Source: Planctomycetota bacterium (GTDB taxonomy: Bacteria > Planctomycetota > UBA1135 > UBA2386). From it: a stretch of 64,000 nt of DNA. Below the pieces are notes generated by a model. It saw only the letters and a list, made by a program, of their open reading frames with translations, had not been told where the DNA came from and searched no databases. This document shows, piece by piece, positions 10,603 to 20,788 of the stretch. The position numbers were made by a program, and so were the translations under genes. How positions within the stretch are numbered: position 1 is the first letter of the stretch; each line of letters starts with the position of its first letter. The DNA lies in assembly GCA_965223545.1 (NCBI GenBank), contig OZ245006.1, forward strand, positions 640,001 to 704,000, in the 5' to 3' direction.

Positions 10603-11788
10603 AAGAGCCTCCCAAGCGCTGATAGACCTCCACCACCCGCCGCGCGTTGTCGCTCCAGGTCCAACCGCGCTCGATCAGGCGCCTGCGCCCGGCAGCACCG
10701 ATGGCCGCGGTCCGCTCCGGGTCGTCGACCAGCGCGCGCAGCGTGGCCGCCAACGCCTCGACGTCACCCGGGGCGAACAGGAGGCCGTTGTCCCCGTTGG
10801 CGATGATCTCGCGCAGGTTGGCCTGGTCGGGCGCCAGCGTGGCGACTCCGGCCGCCAGCGAATCGAACAGCTTGAGCGGCGAGGCGTACTCGTTGATGGC
10901 GGGGATCAGGGCGGCGTCGAACGCGCACAAGTGCGCCGGCAGCGCGGCGGCCGGCACGACGCCCTCGCAGCGCAGACGCGCCTCGACACCGAGCTCCCGC
11001 GACCTTCCCCGCAGCCCGTCCAACGCCGGGCCCTCGCCGACGACCCACAGCTGCACCGCCTCGAACCCCGGCCGTGCCAGCACCTCGAGCGCGAGATCCA
11101 GGCGGTGCCAGTCGCGCAGAAAGCCGACGAACCCGAGCACGAAGGTGCCCTGTGGCAACGCCGCGCGCAGCGCCCGGCCGGCGCGCCGCGCCGCCTCGCC
11201 ATAGCGCTCCGGCTGCGCGCCGTTGGCGATCACGTGACAGCGCTCGGCCCGCGCCCCGAGCGCGACCAGCCGGTCGCGCAGCACGGCGGTGACCGGCAAC
11301 ACCGCGTCGGCGCCGGCCAACACGCGCCGCTCGGTGCTGCGCGCGCGGCGCGCGAAGCGCAGCAGGCCGAGGCGCTCCATCTCGTCGGTCATCGGCGAGT
11401 TGACCTCGAGCAGCAGCGGCACGCGCCGCGCGGTCGCCACCGCCAGCCCAGCCGCGCAGTGCAGCGCGTGCCGCTCGTAGATGAAGTGGGGCTCGAACTC
11501 GTCCGCCGCGCGCCGCAGCATGCGCACGCCGTAGCGGTCGTAGCCGATCTCCATCGCCTCGACCGCCGGGCGCGGCAGCGACAGCTTCTGCCAGGCGGCG
11601 CCGCGCCGCCCCGCTGCACCGCGCTCCCCATCGCCCGCACCCGCGCCGACCGCGGTCTTCTCGACCAAGGCACACTCGCGCACATCGTGGCCCGCGGCGC
11701 GCAGCGCGGCGATCAGCTCGCGCACGTGCACGGCCTGACCGTCGTCGGCGCGGATCCGGTGGTGGTAGAGAATGCGGTAGCCGGTCAC
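10595..11788 (-). CDS. Glycosyltransferase family 4
   Basis: GTG at 11788 overlaps the upstream stop; YHHRIRADDGQAVHV, LLEVNSP, GFVGFLRDWH, SPLKLFD. Confidence 0.9.
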   Translation of the reverse strand: MTGYRILYHHRIRADDGQAVHVRELIAALRAAGHDVRECALVEKTAVGAGAGDGERGAAGRRGAAWQKLSLPRPAVEAMEIGYDRYGVRMLRRAADEFEPHFIYERHALHCAAGLAVATARRVPLLLEVNSPMTDEMERLGLLRFARRARSTERRVLAGADAVLPVTAVLRDRLVALGARAERCHVIANGAQPERYGEAARRAGRALRAALPQGTFVLGFVGFLRDWHRLDLALEVLARPGFEAVQLWVVGEGPALDGLRGRSRELGVEARLRCEGVVPAAALPAHLCAFDAALIPAINEYASPLKLFDSLAAGVATLAPDQANLREIIANGDNGLLFAPGDVEALAATLRALVDDPERTAAIGAAGRRRLIERGWTWSDNARRVVEVYQRLGGSCD

Positions 11789-12966
11789 GCGACCACTCCC
11801 CCGGACTTGGACTGCCACGCCCGCTCGAACAGCGCGACGAGTCCGGCGACCGGCGCGTCCCAGGAGTAGCGCTGGGCCCATGCGCGGATCGCGGCACGGT
11901 CGGGCGGACGGTCGAGGAAACCGCGCACGGCGTCGCGCAACGCAGCCACGTCGCCGACCGGAATCGCCGTCCCGACCCCCGGGCCCGCCAACATCTCGGG
12001 CACCGAGCCGACCGCCGAGGCCACCACGGGCAGCCCACTCGCCAACGCCTCGGTGACGACGTTGGGCCACCCCTCGCGCTCGGAGGGCAGCACGAGGACG
12101 TCGCACGCGGAGTACGCCAACGCAACGCGCTCGGGCGGCTGTGGCCCCAGCCACAGCCCGCGGTCACCGAGCGACCGGCACAGCGCGCGCCGTTGGTTGC
12201 CGTCGCCGATCAGCACCAGCTTGGTCGCCGGCAGCGCATCGAGCGCCTCGACCGCGCGGTGAAAGCCCTTGGCGCGGATCAGCCGGCCGACGCCCAACAC
12301 CAAGTGGCCCTCCTGCGGCAGGCCCAGCGCGGTGCGCGCCGCCGCGCGATCGCCCGGCGCGAACCGCTCGAAGTCGACACCGTTGCGCGACAACTGCACG
12401 TCGGCATCCGCCAGCCCGGCGACCTCGACGAAGCGCTGCCGCAGCGGCTCGCTCACCGCCAACCGCGCGAAGGCCGCCGGCATCGAAGCGCGCACCTGCG
12501 CTGCCACGCCGCGCAGCGCGCCGACGACGTTGACGTCGGTGCCGCGCGCGGTCACCACGGTGGGAACGCCGAGCGGCGCGGCGATCGCCAAGGCGGCGAC
12601 CCCGTCGGGGTAGACGTAGTGCGCATCGAGCACCGCGTCGGCCTCGGCCAGCAGGCGCTCGACCAGAGCGCGCGCGCTGCGCGCCATGCGCCGCGCCTGC
12701 GCCCACATCGAGATCCCCGGCAGATGGCGGTAGCGCGGATGCCAGATCGCGACGCCGTCGACGACCTCGCGCTCCGGCGCGCGCGCCGCCTGACGCTCGA
12801 AGCCGCGCCGCAAGCCGATGGGGACCGCGGGCAGCGGGTTGACCACGACCCATTCGCAACCCAGCGCGGCGACCACGCGCCGCATGCGCTCGCGCACGAA
12901 CAGCCCGTGCGTCGGCAGCGACGGCGACGGAAAGAGGTTGCTGAAAGTCACGATGCGGCGTCGCAC
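11785..12966 (-). CDS. Glycosyltransferase family 4 (TuaC/WlbH-like)
   Basis: SNLFPS, DAHYVYPDG, TARGTDVN, VGRLIRAKG, PSEREGWPNVVTEALASG. Confidence 0.9.
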   Translation of the reverse strand: MRRRIVTFSNLFPSPSLPTHGLFVRERMRRVVAALGCEWVVVNPLPAVPIGLRRGFERQAARAPEREVVDGVAIWHPRYRHLPGISMWAQARRMARSARALVERLLAEADAVLDAHYVYPDGVAALAIAAPLGVPTVVTARGTDVNVVGALRGVAAQVRASMPAAFARLAVSEPLRQRFVEVAGLADADVQLSRNGVDFERFAPGDRAAARTALGLPQEGHLVLGVGRLIRAKGFHRAVEALDALPATKLVLIGDGNQRRALCRSLGDRGLWLGPQPPERVALAYSACDVLVLPSEREGWPNVVTEALASGLPVVASAVGSVPEMLAGPGVGTAIPVGDVAALRDAVRGFLDRPPDRAAIRAWAQRYSWDAPVAGLVALFERAWQSKSGGVVA

Positions 12967-13044
12967 GGCCCAACGCTATGCGGTCGAGACCGCGGGTTCG
13001 AGGTCGTCTTTCGCGGCGGCTCGCGGTGCCATCACGACTCGCCT

Positions 13045-14907
13045 TCAGGCCCAACGCGCCAGGAAGCGATCAAAGGTCAACACCGCCCAGAGCAGATCGG
13101 CGTGATCGGCGCGGCCGCTGCGATGCGCCGCCAGGAGCTTGGCCACCCGCGCCGGGTCGACCACGGTCGCCAGCCGGTCCTCCGCCAATGCGCTGTGTAG
13201 TGCGTCACCCAAGGCGCCGGCCATCCACTTGCGCAGCGGCACCGAGAACCCCCGCTTGCTCCGCGCCATGGCTTCGTCACCGAGCCGCGGCCGCAACGCG
13301 TCGCGCAGAAACCCCTTGGTCTGCTGCCCGCGCAGCTTCATCGCCGATGGGATCCGCGCCGCCAGCTCGACCAGCCGGTAGTCGAGCAACGGCGCGCGCA
13401 CCTCGAGCGCTACCGCCATCGACGCCCGGTCGACCTTGACCAAGACATCGCCCGGCAGCCAGGTCTTGATGTCGGCGGCGATGGCCCGCGCCAGCGGGTC
13501 CGGTCCGTCGGCAGCACGGTAGGCCGAGACCACCGCTGCCAAGGGATCGCCGGCCGCCTCCGCGTAGTCCCCGCGCAGCACCGGTCGGACCTCCTCGGGC
13601 AGGCAAGCGCTCACCGAGCGGGCGTAGGCGAGCGCGGGATCCCGGGCGAGGTTCTGCAGCGTTCGCTTCAGCCGCACCGGACGCGGGAGGAAGTCGGCTT
13701 TGGGATAGGCCCGGCCGAGCACTCCCCACAACCCGCTGGGAAGCAGCTGCCGCAGCCGGTTCTCCAATGAGTCGAACCGATAGCGGCGATAGCCGGCAAA
13801 GCTCTCGTCGCCACCGTCACCCGACAGCGCCACGGTGACGTGCCGCCGCGCCATGCGGCTGACGTGATACGTCGGGATCGCGCTGCTGTCGGCGAACGGC
13901 TCGTCGAAGGTCTCGCCGAACCAGCCCACCTCGAGCATGTCGGAGATCGCCACGGTCTCTTCGAACAGGCGGGCGCCGGTCGCCCGCGCCGCCTGGCGGG
14001 CGTGCTCGATCTCGTCGAACTTCGGGTCGTCGAAGCCGATGCTGCACGCCAGCACCGGCTGGCGGCTCACCCGAGCCATCGCGTCCACGACCGCGTAGCT
14101 GTCGACGCCACCGGACAGGAACGCACCGAGCGGCACATCGGAGAGCAGCCGCCCGCGCACCGCATCGTCCAACAGCTCGAGCACCCTCGCCGACAGCTCT
14201 TCCGCCGACGCATCCTCGCTGTCCGCGAAGCTCAGCTGCCAGTACGGGCGGACGTGCACGGCCCCGTTCTCGGCGGTCAGCAGGTGGCCGGGCGGCAGCT
14301 TGTGGATGCCCTCGAAGACGGTATCGGGATCGGCGACGTAGCGCAGACAGAAGAACTGAGCGACCGACTCCGGCCTCAGCCGCGGCCGCCGCTCGAGCCC
14401 AGCCAGCACGGCCTTGATCTCCGAGCCGAACAGCAGACGCCCCGCGGTCTCGTCGTAGTGGTAGTGCAGCGGCTTCTTGCCCAGCCGATCGCGCGCCGCG
14501 AACAGCGTGTGCGTGCGGGCGTCGTGAATGGCGAACGCGAACATGCCGTTGAGGTGGAGCGGCAAGTCCTCGCCCCATTCGCGGAAGCCATGCAGCAGGA
14601 CCTCGGTATCGCAGCGCGTCCGGAAGCTGTGGCCACGCGCCTCGAGCGCGGCCCGCAGCTCGGGGTAGTTGTAGATCAGCCCGTTGAAGGTCACGGTGAG
14701 CTCACCGCGCGCGTCCCGCATCGGCTGGGCGCCGCCCTCGGGGTCGACGATGATCAGCCGCCGGTGACCCAGCCCACAGCCGGGCAGCAGCTCGAGACCA
14801 TCACCGTCCGGCCCGCGGTGCGCCAGACTGCGCACCATGTCGGCGAGTGGCGGTTCGCGCACCACGACGCCCGGGTCTTGCCAATACTCGCCGGCAATGC
14901 CGCACAT
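13045..14907 (-). CDS. asnB: Asparagine synthetase B-like glutamine amidotransferase (EPS-associated)
   Basis: MCGIAG N-terminal nucleophile start at 14907, HRGPD, FLSGGVDS, LSGDGGDE, KVDRASMA. Confidence 0.93.
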   Translation of the reverse strand: MCGIAGEYWQDPGVVVREPPLADMVRSLAHRGPDGDGLELLPGCGLGHRRLIIVDPEGGAQPMRDARGELTVTFNGLIYNYPELRAALEARGHSFRTRCDTEVLLHGFREWGEDLPLHLNGMFAFAIHDARTHTLFAARDRLGKKPLHYHYDETAGRLLFGSEIKAVLAGLERRPRLRPESVAQFFCLRYVADPDTVFEGIHKLPPGHLLTAENGAVHVRPYWQLSFADSEDASAEELSARVLELLDDAVRGRLLSDVPLGAFLSGGVDSYAVVDAMARVSRQPVLACSIGFDDPKFDEIEHARQAARATGARLFEETVAISDMLEVGWFGETFDEPFADSSAIPTYHVSRMARRHVTVALSGDGGDESFAGYRRYRFDSLENRLRQLLPSGLWGVLGRAYPKADFLPRPVRLKRTLQNLARDPALAYARSVSACLPEEVRPVLRGDYAEAAGDPLAAVVSAYRAADGPDPLARAIAADIKTWLPGDVLVKVDRASMAVALEVRAPLLDYRLVELAARIPSAMKLRGQQTKGFLRDALRPRLGDEAMARSKRGFSVPLRKWMAGALGDALHSALAEDRLATVVDPARVAKLLAAHRSGRADHADLLWAVLTFDRFLARWA

Positions 14908-16283
14908 CAGCGCCCCCACCTCGGCAGCAACGTCTTCTCGGCAACCGGACGCCAACGCACCTCGATCTCACCGGGCCGGGCGCCGCTCGCGGCGGGCTGC
15001 TCGGCGTCGCGCCAGGCCACCGCCTCCTTGCGGGTGATCCACACCAGGCAGCTCATCAGCGCGAAGACGTGGTAGATCAGGTCGAAGTGGCCCCGGTTGA
15101 GGAAGGTCGCGCCGACCATGAACGCGACCGTCACCGCCTCCAGCATGCGCGAGTAGGTGTCGGCCCACTCGAGGTGCGGCCGGCCGCGCGCCACCCGGCG
15201 CACCCATGCCGCCGACCAGAACATCGAGCCCAACAGCACGAGGTAGATCGCGAAGCTGATGGTGCCGCCCTCCGCCCAGATCTGCAGATACGAGTTGTGG
15301 GCGACGAACGCCTCGGTGCTGCCCTCGAAGTGCGTCGGGTTGTAGTCGGGATAGTGGAAACGGAAGTTCTTCAATCCGACACCGATGAGCGGGTGGTCGC
15401 CGATCATGGCGAACGCGATGCCCCACGCCTTGATCCGCGCACCGGCGGACCCCTCAGCCGTGCCCTCGCCGATCAGCGCGATGCGGTCCAAGACCTGTTG
15501 TGGCGCGAACAGGAAGAACGCGATCGTCAGTACGCCCAGCACCGCGATCGCCGGCACCAGCCGCCGCGCCCGCCAGGCCAGCCAAAGCAAAGTCGCACAC
15601 AAGGCCAAGAAGGCGCCGCGCGAGAGCGTCAGCAGCACGGTGACGATGGTCAGCGCTATGGCGACCTCGGTGCCGCGGCGAACCCAGCGGAGCGACTCGG
15701 CGCGGCCCAGGTACCACAGCAGCGGAATCCCCATCACCATCGCCAACGCGAAGTCGTTGTTGTCCTCCAGCATGCCGCCGGGCCCGCGCAGGATCACAGT
15801 ACCGCCGCGGGCGACACCGAGCAGACCGTTCTTGAAGCCGTAGAAGCCGAAGCTGATGGCGATCACCCAGGCCAAGAACTTCAGGCGCTGGCGCGTGTCC
15901 ACCTGCCCGGTGGTGAACGCCGCGATCACCATGATCTTGACGAACTCGAGGTAGAACGTGGTGACGAACTGACTCTCGAACGAGTAGCGCGCCAAGGTCA
16001 CGCTGAGGCCGGCGATGGCGGCCAGCACGACCATGCCCCCGGTGCGCAGATCAGGCCGCCAGAACCGGCGGCTTCCCGATTCGTGCACGAACCAGCCGGC
16101 GATCATGACGATCGCCGCGAAGAAGCTGAACCGCATGTCGCGCGCGAAGCCCCAGCACAGGTCTTGCGGGCGCATGTAGGCCAACCACGAGAACAGGGCC
16201 AGACCGATGAACGGACGGCGGAACGCCGTCGGCATCACGCTCATGATCAGCGCGAACACCAGCAGGTCGCGCAACGCACCCAT
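14907..16283 (-). CDS. O-antigen ligase/Wzy-family membrane protein (exosortase-A-associated type)
   Basis: Multi-TM; YMRPQDLCWGF, EDNNDFAL, TLSRGAFL, VAHNSYLQ. Confidence 0.88.
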   Translation of the reverse strand: MGALRDLLVFALIMSVMPTAFRRPFIGLALFSWLAYMRPQDLCWGFARDMRFSFFAAIVMIAGWFVHESGSRRFWRPDLRTGGMVVLAAIAGLSVTLARYSFESQFVTTFYLEFVKIMVIAAFTTGQVDTRQRLKFLAWVIAISFGFYGFKNGLLGVARGGTVILRGPGGMLEDNNDFALAMVMGIPLLWYLGRAESLRWVRRGTEVAIALTIVTVLLTLSRGAFLALCATLLWLAWRARRLVPAIAVLGVLTIAFFLFAPQQVLDRIALIGEGTAEGSAGARIKAWGIAFAMIGDHPLIGVGLKNFRFHYPDYNPTHFEGSTEAFVAHNSYLQIWAEGGTISFAIYLVLLGSMFWSAAWVRRVARGRPHLEWADTYSRMLEAVTVAFMVGATFLNRGHFDLIYHVFALMSCLVWITRKEAVAWRDAEQPAASGARPGEIEVRWRPVAEKTLLPRWGR

Positions 16284-16285
16284 GG

Positions 16286-17911
16286 CTACTGCGTCGGCGT
16301 CGGCTCACCCGCGCCCAAGAGGACGTCGAGGCCGTCGCGCACGACCGGTGGCAAGCGGGTCGGATCGAGGTAGTAGATGGTGATGACGGTGAGCAGCAGC
16401 ACCACGAGCACACCCACCACGATGCCGACGCGGCGCCGTCGGGTGGACTGCGCCTGCAGCTCGGCATCGGTGGTCATGTACGACAGGCCACCGAGCACCG
16501 GCAACGCCAGCACTCGCTCGACGTCGTCCACCGTCTTGAACGTGCTCTGCAAGATGTCGATGAGCAGCACCAACCCGATCGCCACCGCCAACCCGACCGC
16601 GAGACCGGCGAGCGCCACCAGGGTGATGTTCGGCTCGGTCGGCCGCTTCGGCACCTGTACCGGCGCCAACAGCTCGAACACGTCGTTGGTGCGCAGGCCG
16701 CCGCGCTGCAGCCGTTGGCTGCGCAGGGTCTGCTCCAGGCTGCGGATCGCGGTCTCCGCGCGCGCTTCTTTGTCGAGCAGCTGCTGGTAGTCGACCCGGC
16801 GAAACGGGATCTCGGCGATCTCGCTGTCGGTCTCGGCGAGCCGCGCTTCGTCCGCCTGCTGGGCGCCGCGCAGCCCCTGCACGCGGAGCTCGAGGCGGCG
16901 CACCTCGTCGGCAGCCTCGCGGTAGGCCGGGTTCTCGACCTCATCGGCGGCCGTCGGCCCGAACTTTGCCACCATCCGGTCCAGCTCCTCCTGCCAGCGG
17001 TCGCGCAGGCGCTGGCGCGCCGGCCGGTCCTTGTGCGCCTCACTCATCGCCGACAACGCCATGTCGATGTTCGCGATCCGCCCCTGCAGGGCGGCTACCG
17101 CCTTGCCGAGCGCCTCCGGCACGTTCGCTTGCGTCGGACCGGGCAGGGTCGGCTGCAGCCCCGCGCGCGTCGCGCGCGCCGCCTGCAGCTCGAGCTCGAG
17201 GGTCTCGATCTCGGCCTTGCGCTGCGAGACCGCGGCGTCGAGATCTTCGCGCCGGCGGGTCAGCGTGCTCTGACCCTGGTCCTGGCCCGGCGGCCCGACG
17301 TCCAGCGGGTTGATCCCCCAGCTGCGCTCGAACTCCGCCTTCTCCAGCCGCGCCGCGATCAAGTCGTCGTTCGATGCGTTCAGCTGCGCGTTGAGACGGC
17401 GCAGCTCCTCGTCGATGCGCACCCGCAGATCGGTCATCTGCTGCTCGACCCAGACGTCGATCAGCGCCTTGGTGAAGTCCACTGCCCGCGTCGCGTCGGT
17501 GTCGCGGTAGGTGACCCTGAGGTGCGCGGTCTGCCGGCCGCGCTTGGGGTTGAGGTCGATGATCTCCAACCGGTCGCGAAACTCGGCCTCGGCCGCCTGT
17601 CGCTCGGCGACATCCTCGATCGCGGCCTCGGGCCACTGCAGCTGCTGCAGCGCGTCCTTGGTCGCGTACGGCATCGTCACCTGGGCGCTGTCGACCAAGG
17701 CCGCCATCGGGTCGTCGGTGGCATCGGTGTCCAACATGCTGCCGTGGAACTCGAGCACCGTCGTGGCGACGTAGTAGCGCGGAATCAGGTAAGCGACCAG
17801 CGCGCCGACCAGCAGCCCGAGCAGACTCACGGGCACCAGCTGCCACCGGTGCCGGCGCAGCAGGTCCAGGTAGCGCGCGAGCGAGACCTGTGGCAGATCG
17901 AGCTGCGTCAT
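16286..17911 (-). CDS. Polysaccharide chain-length determinant / co-polymerase (GumC/Wzz-type, no kinase domain)
   Basis: N-terminal TM, long coiled coil, PKRPTEPN + TM, DDVERVLALPVLG, additional C-terminal TM. Confidence 0.85.
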   Translation of the reverse strand: MTQLDLPQVSLARYLDLLRRHRWQLVPVSLLGLLVGALVAYLIPRYYVATTVLEFHGSMLDTDATDDPMAALVDSAQVTMPYATKDALQQLQWPEAAIEDVAERQAAEAEFRDRLEIIDLNPKRGRQTAHLRVTYRDTDATRAVDFTKALIDVWVEQQMTDLRVRIDEELRRLNAQLNASNDDLIAARLEKAEFERSWGINPLDVGPPGQDQGQSTLTRRREDLDAAVSQRKAEIETLELELQAARATRAGLQPTLPGPTQANVPEALGKAVAALQGRIANIDMALSAMSEAHKDRPARQRLRDRWQEELDRMVAKFGPTAADEVENPAYREAADEVRRLELRVQGLRGAQQADEARLAETDSEIAEIPFRRVDYQQLLDKEARAETAIRSLEQTLRSQRLQRGGLRTNDVFELLAPVQVPKRPTEPNITLVALAGLAVGLAVAIGLVLLIDILQSTFKTVDDVERVLALPVLGGLSYMTTDAELQAQSTRRRRVGIVVGVLVVLLLTVITIYYLDPTRLPPVVRDGLDVLLGAGEPTPTQ

Positions 17912-17945
17912 CGTCCCACCCCCACTCTCCGTCGCCGAGCCCGCA

Positions 17946-18773
17946 TCAGAAGCCGAAGAAGAAGCGGTTGCCGATCCGGTTGGTGTCGCCGGTCAGGTAG
18001 TCGTAGCTGGCGCGCACCGAGGCGACGCCGAACAGGGCCCGAACGATCACCGCCACCGGCTCGAGCAGCTTCTCGACGAAGCGGGTCAGCATGCCGAAGA
18101 ACGTCGGCGGCACGTAGAGGAAGTCGTTGTCCTGCAGCTTGAGGTTGTAGGTCGTGTTGCCGGTCAACACCATCTCGCGCATGTTGATCTCGACGGTGAG
18201 CGGGTTCTGCGCATCGGGTCGGATCAAGCGCACGCGGCCCAGGTTGGCCAGCTGCGTCGGCGAGGACAGGGCCAACGCCTCGATCACGGTGACGTCGGCC
18301 TTGAGGAACGGAATCCGGCCCTTGCGTTCGGCCTCGCCCCAGACGTAGTAGGCCTTGCCGCGGTCGTCGACCCGCGCCGTCAGCGCGATCGGATCCCGGG
18401 GGAACAGCGGCTGCAGCTGCGCCTCGACCAGGCTCGCCGCCTCGCGCTCGGTCAGTCCCAGCACCGGCACGCTGCCGATGTAGGGCACGTGGATGGTACC
18501 GTCGATGCCGATCGGTTGCTTCTGCGCCAACAGCGCCAGCTGCTCCATGCCCGGCTGGCTGACCACCACCGGATCGAGGTAGAACTGGATCCCGTCGCCG
18601 CCGGCGATGTAGTTCTCCCACGTCGCCACACCATCGGCGCGTGAGCCGAAGCCCTTCTCGTTGAGCAGCTCCCGGATCCGCTGCTGCTCCAGGCCGGTGC
18701 AGCCGGCCAACGCGGTCAGCAGCCCCGCCAGCAGGGCGAGCAGACGGAGGGCAGAGGGCGGGGTCGGCTTCAA
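17946..18773 (-). CDS. wza: Polysaccharide export lipoprotein (Wza/OPX family)
   Basis: Lipobox LAGC, Poly_export motif DGTIHVPYIGSVPVLGLT, SLBB domain, LQDNDFLYVP. Confidence 0.85.
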   Translation of the reverse strand: MKPTPPSALRLLALLAGLLTALAGCTGLEQQRIRELLNEKGFGSRADGVATWENYIAGGDGIQFYLDPVVVSQPGMEQLALLAQKQPIGIDGTIHVPYIGSVPVLGLTEREAASLVEAQLQPLFPRDPIALTARVDDRGKAYYVWGEAERKGRIPFLKADVTVIEALALSSPTQLANLGRVRLIRPDAQNPLTVEINMREMVLTGNTTYNLKLQDNDFLYVPPTFFGMLTRFVEKLLEPVAVIVRALFGVASVRASYDYLTGDTNRIGNRFFFGF

Positions 18774-18806
18774 ACGGCGCTCCGGGCACTGGCTTGCATC
18801 CCCTTC

Positions 18807-18837
18807 ATGCTAAGACCGCGACCTTTGCGGTGCAAAG
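18807..18837 (-). promoter_or_regulatory. Putative sigma70 promoter TTGCAC-N17-TAGCAT with overlapping palindrome CTTTGC-N3-GCAAAG
   Basis: Hexamers at 18830-18835 and 18807-18812 upstream of wza; inverted repeat at 18823-18837. Confidence 0.45.
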
Positions 18838-18850
18838 ACGGGAAACGGGT

Positions 18851-19867
18851 CTACCGCGTCCGATCGCCGTATTGACGCTCGTAGTAGTCCCGGTAGGCGC
18901 CGGTGCGCACGCGCTGCCACCAATCGCGGTGGTCGACGTACCACCGCACCGTCGCCTCGAGCCCCTCGGCAAAGGTGTGGCGCGGACGCCAGGCGAGCTC
19001 GCGCTCGATCTTGGCGATGTCCATCGCGTAGCGGCGGTCGTGTCCGGGGCGATCCGTCACGTAGCGGATCAGCTCCTCACCCTTGCCCACCAGGCCCAGG
19101 ATGCGCTTGACCACGTCGATGTTCTGCTCCTCGGCGTTGCCGCCCAGGTTGTAGACCTCACCGGGCACGCCGCGCTCCATCACCGCGCGAACCCCCTCGC
19201 AGTGGTCTGTCACGTAGATCCAATCGCGCACGTTCTTGCCGTCGCCGTACACCGGCAGCGGCTGATCTTCGAGCGCGTTGGCGATCATCAGCGGGATCAG
19301 CTTCTCGGGGAACTGGAATGGGCCGTAGTTGTTCGAGCACCGCGTGGTGACCACCGCCATGCCGTGCGTGTGGAAGGCGGCGCGGACCAGCATGTCGCTG
19401 GCGGCCTTGCTCGCCGAGTACGGCGAGTTGGGCGCCAACGGCGTCGTCTCGGTGAACAGACCGGTGGGCCCCAGACTGCCGTAGACCTCGTCGGTGCTGA
19501 CGTGCACGAAACGCTGGACCTCGTGCTCTCGCGCACAGTCGAGCAGCACCTGGGTGCCGACGACGTTGGTGCGGACGAAGGCGCTGGCGTCGAGCACCGA
19601 CCGATCGACGTGACTCTCGGCGGCGAAGTGCACCACGATGTGCGGCAGGTGCGCGGCGAACACTTGCCGCATGTGGGCGGGATCGGCGATGTCGCCCTTG
19701 ACGAAGGTGTAGCGCGCGTCGGCCTCGACGTCGGTCAGGTTCTCGAGATTGCCGGCGTAGGTCAGAGCGTCGAGATTGACGACGTCGTGGTCGGTCTCGG
19801 CGAGCAGCAAGCGCACGAAGTTGCTGCCGATGAAACCGGCGCCGCCGGTGACCAGGATTTTGCTCAT
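18851..19867 (-). CDS. rmlB: dTDP-glucose 4,6-dehydratase
   Basis: [52 protein letters not shown] overlap with rmlD. Confidence 0.97.
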   Translation of the reverse strand: MSKILVTGGAGFIGSNFVRLLLAETDHDVVNLDALTYAGNLENLTDVEADARYTFVKGDIADPAHMRQVFAAHLPHIVVHFAAESHVDRSVLDASAFVRTNVVGTQVLLDCAREHEVQRFVHVSTDEVYGSLGPTGLFTETTPLAPNSPYSASKAASDMLVRAAFHTHGMAVVTTRCSNNYGPFQFPEKLIPLMIANALEDQPLPVYGDGKNVRDWIYVTDHCEGVRAVMERGVPGEVYNLGGNAEEQNIDVVKRILGLVGKGEELIRYVTDRPGHDRRYAMDIAKIERELAWRPRHTFAEGLEATVRWYVDHRDWWQRVRTGAYRDYYERQYGDRTR

Positions 19868-20718
19868 GAGGATTCCGCGCGAAGATACCTTGCGATCGCC
19901 TCTTGATAGGTCGGCAGCTCGCGGCCGCGAACCGAAGCCAGCCGGCCGCAATCCAGCACCGAGTAGGCCGGCCGCGGCGCCGGCCGATCGAGCTCCGCGC
20001 TCGCCATGGTACCGACCGGCACGTGGCCGAGGCCGGCCTGGGCAAGGATCTCGACGGCGAAGCCGTGCCAGGAGCACTCGCCGCGGTTGGCGGCGTGGTA
20101 GATCCCGGCACTGTCGGACAATGCCGCGAGATCGAGCAGGGCCTCGGCCAGGTCGGGCGTGTAGGTCGGCCGGCCGACCTGGTCGTCCACTACGGACAGG
20201 GGCTCGCCGGAGCGCGCCCGGGCCAGGATGGCGGCCGGAAAGTTGCGCCCGCCCGGCCCGAACACCCACGAGGTGCGCACCACGCAGTGCCGCGGCGCGG
20301 CGCGCTCGAGCACCGCGCGCTCGCCCGAGAGCTTGCTGCGGCCGTACGCCGACAAGGGACGGGGATCGTGCTCGGGTGGGTACGGGCTGCGCGCGGCTCC
20401 GTCGAAGACGAAGTCGGTGCTGACGTAGATCAAGCCGGCGCCGCGCTCGGCGCAGGCGTCGACCAGATGCGCCGTCCCGCCGCCGTTGACGCGCTCGGCG
20501 CGCTCCGGGTCGCGCTCGCACCCGTCCACGTCGGTCCACGCCCCGCAGTGCAGCACCGTTGTTGGCCGCTGGGCATCGAAGACGCGCTGGACGGCGTCGC
20601 GGTCCTCGACCGGCAGCGCGTCGTGGCTGCAGCCGTAGACGTCGACGCCGCGCGCGGCCGCCGATGCCACGACCGCGCGGCCGAGCTGACCCGTCGCCCC
20701 CGTCACCAGGACTGTCAT
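19864..20718 (-). CDS. rmlD: dTDP-4-dehydrorhamnose reductase
   Basis: TGATGQLG, AWTDVDGCE, STDFVFDG, YGRSKL, DDQVGRPT, RPAYSVL. Confidence 0.96.
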   Translation of the reverse strand: MTVLVTGATGQLGRAVVASAAARGVDVYGCSHDALPVEDRDAVQRVFDAQRPTTVLHCGAWTDVDGCERDPERAERVNGGGTAHLVDACAERGAGLIYVSTDFVFDGAARSPYPPEHDPRPLSAYGRSKLSGERAVLERAAPRHCVVRTSWVFGPGGRNFPAAILARARSGEPLSVVDDQVGRPTYTPDLAEALLDLAALSDSAGIYHAANRGECSWHGFAVEILAQAGLGHVPVGTMASAELDRPAPRPAYSVLDCGRLASVRGRELPTYQEAIARYLRAESS

Positions 20719-20788
20719 GCCAGTCCAGCGTAGCCCGCGGCGCCCGCCACTCCACGAGGTAGTCTACGCAGACCGAGAGCCGCCGCCC

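Noticed and set aside
18783..18798. GG-N10-GC sigma54-like site on the plus strand
   Set aside because: Imperfect match that points antisense into rmlB rather than toward a gene start.
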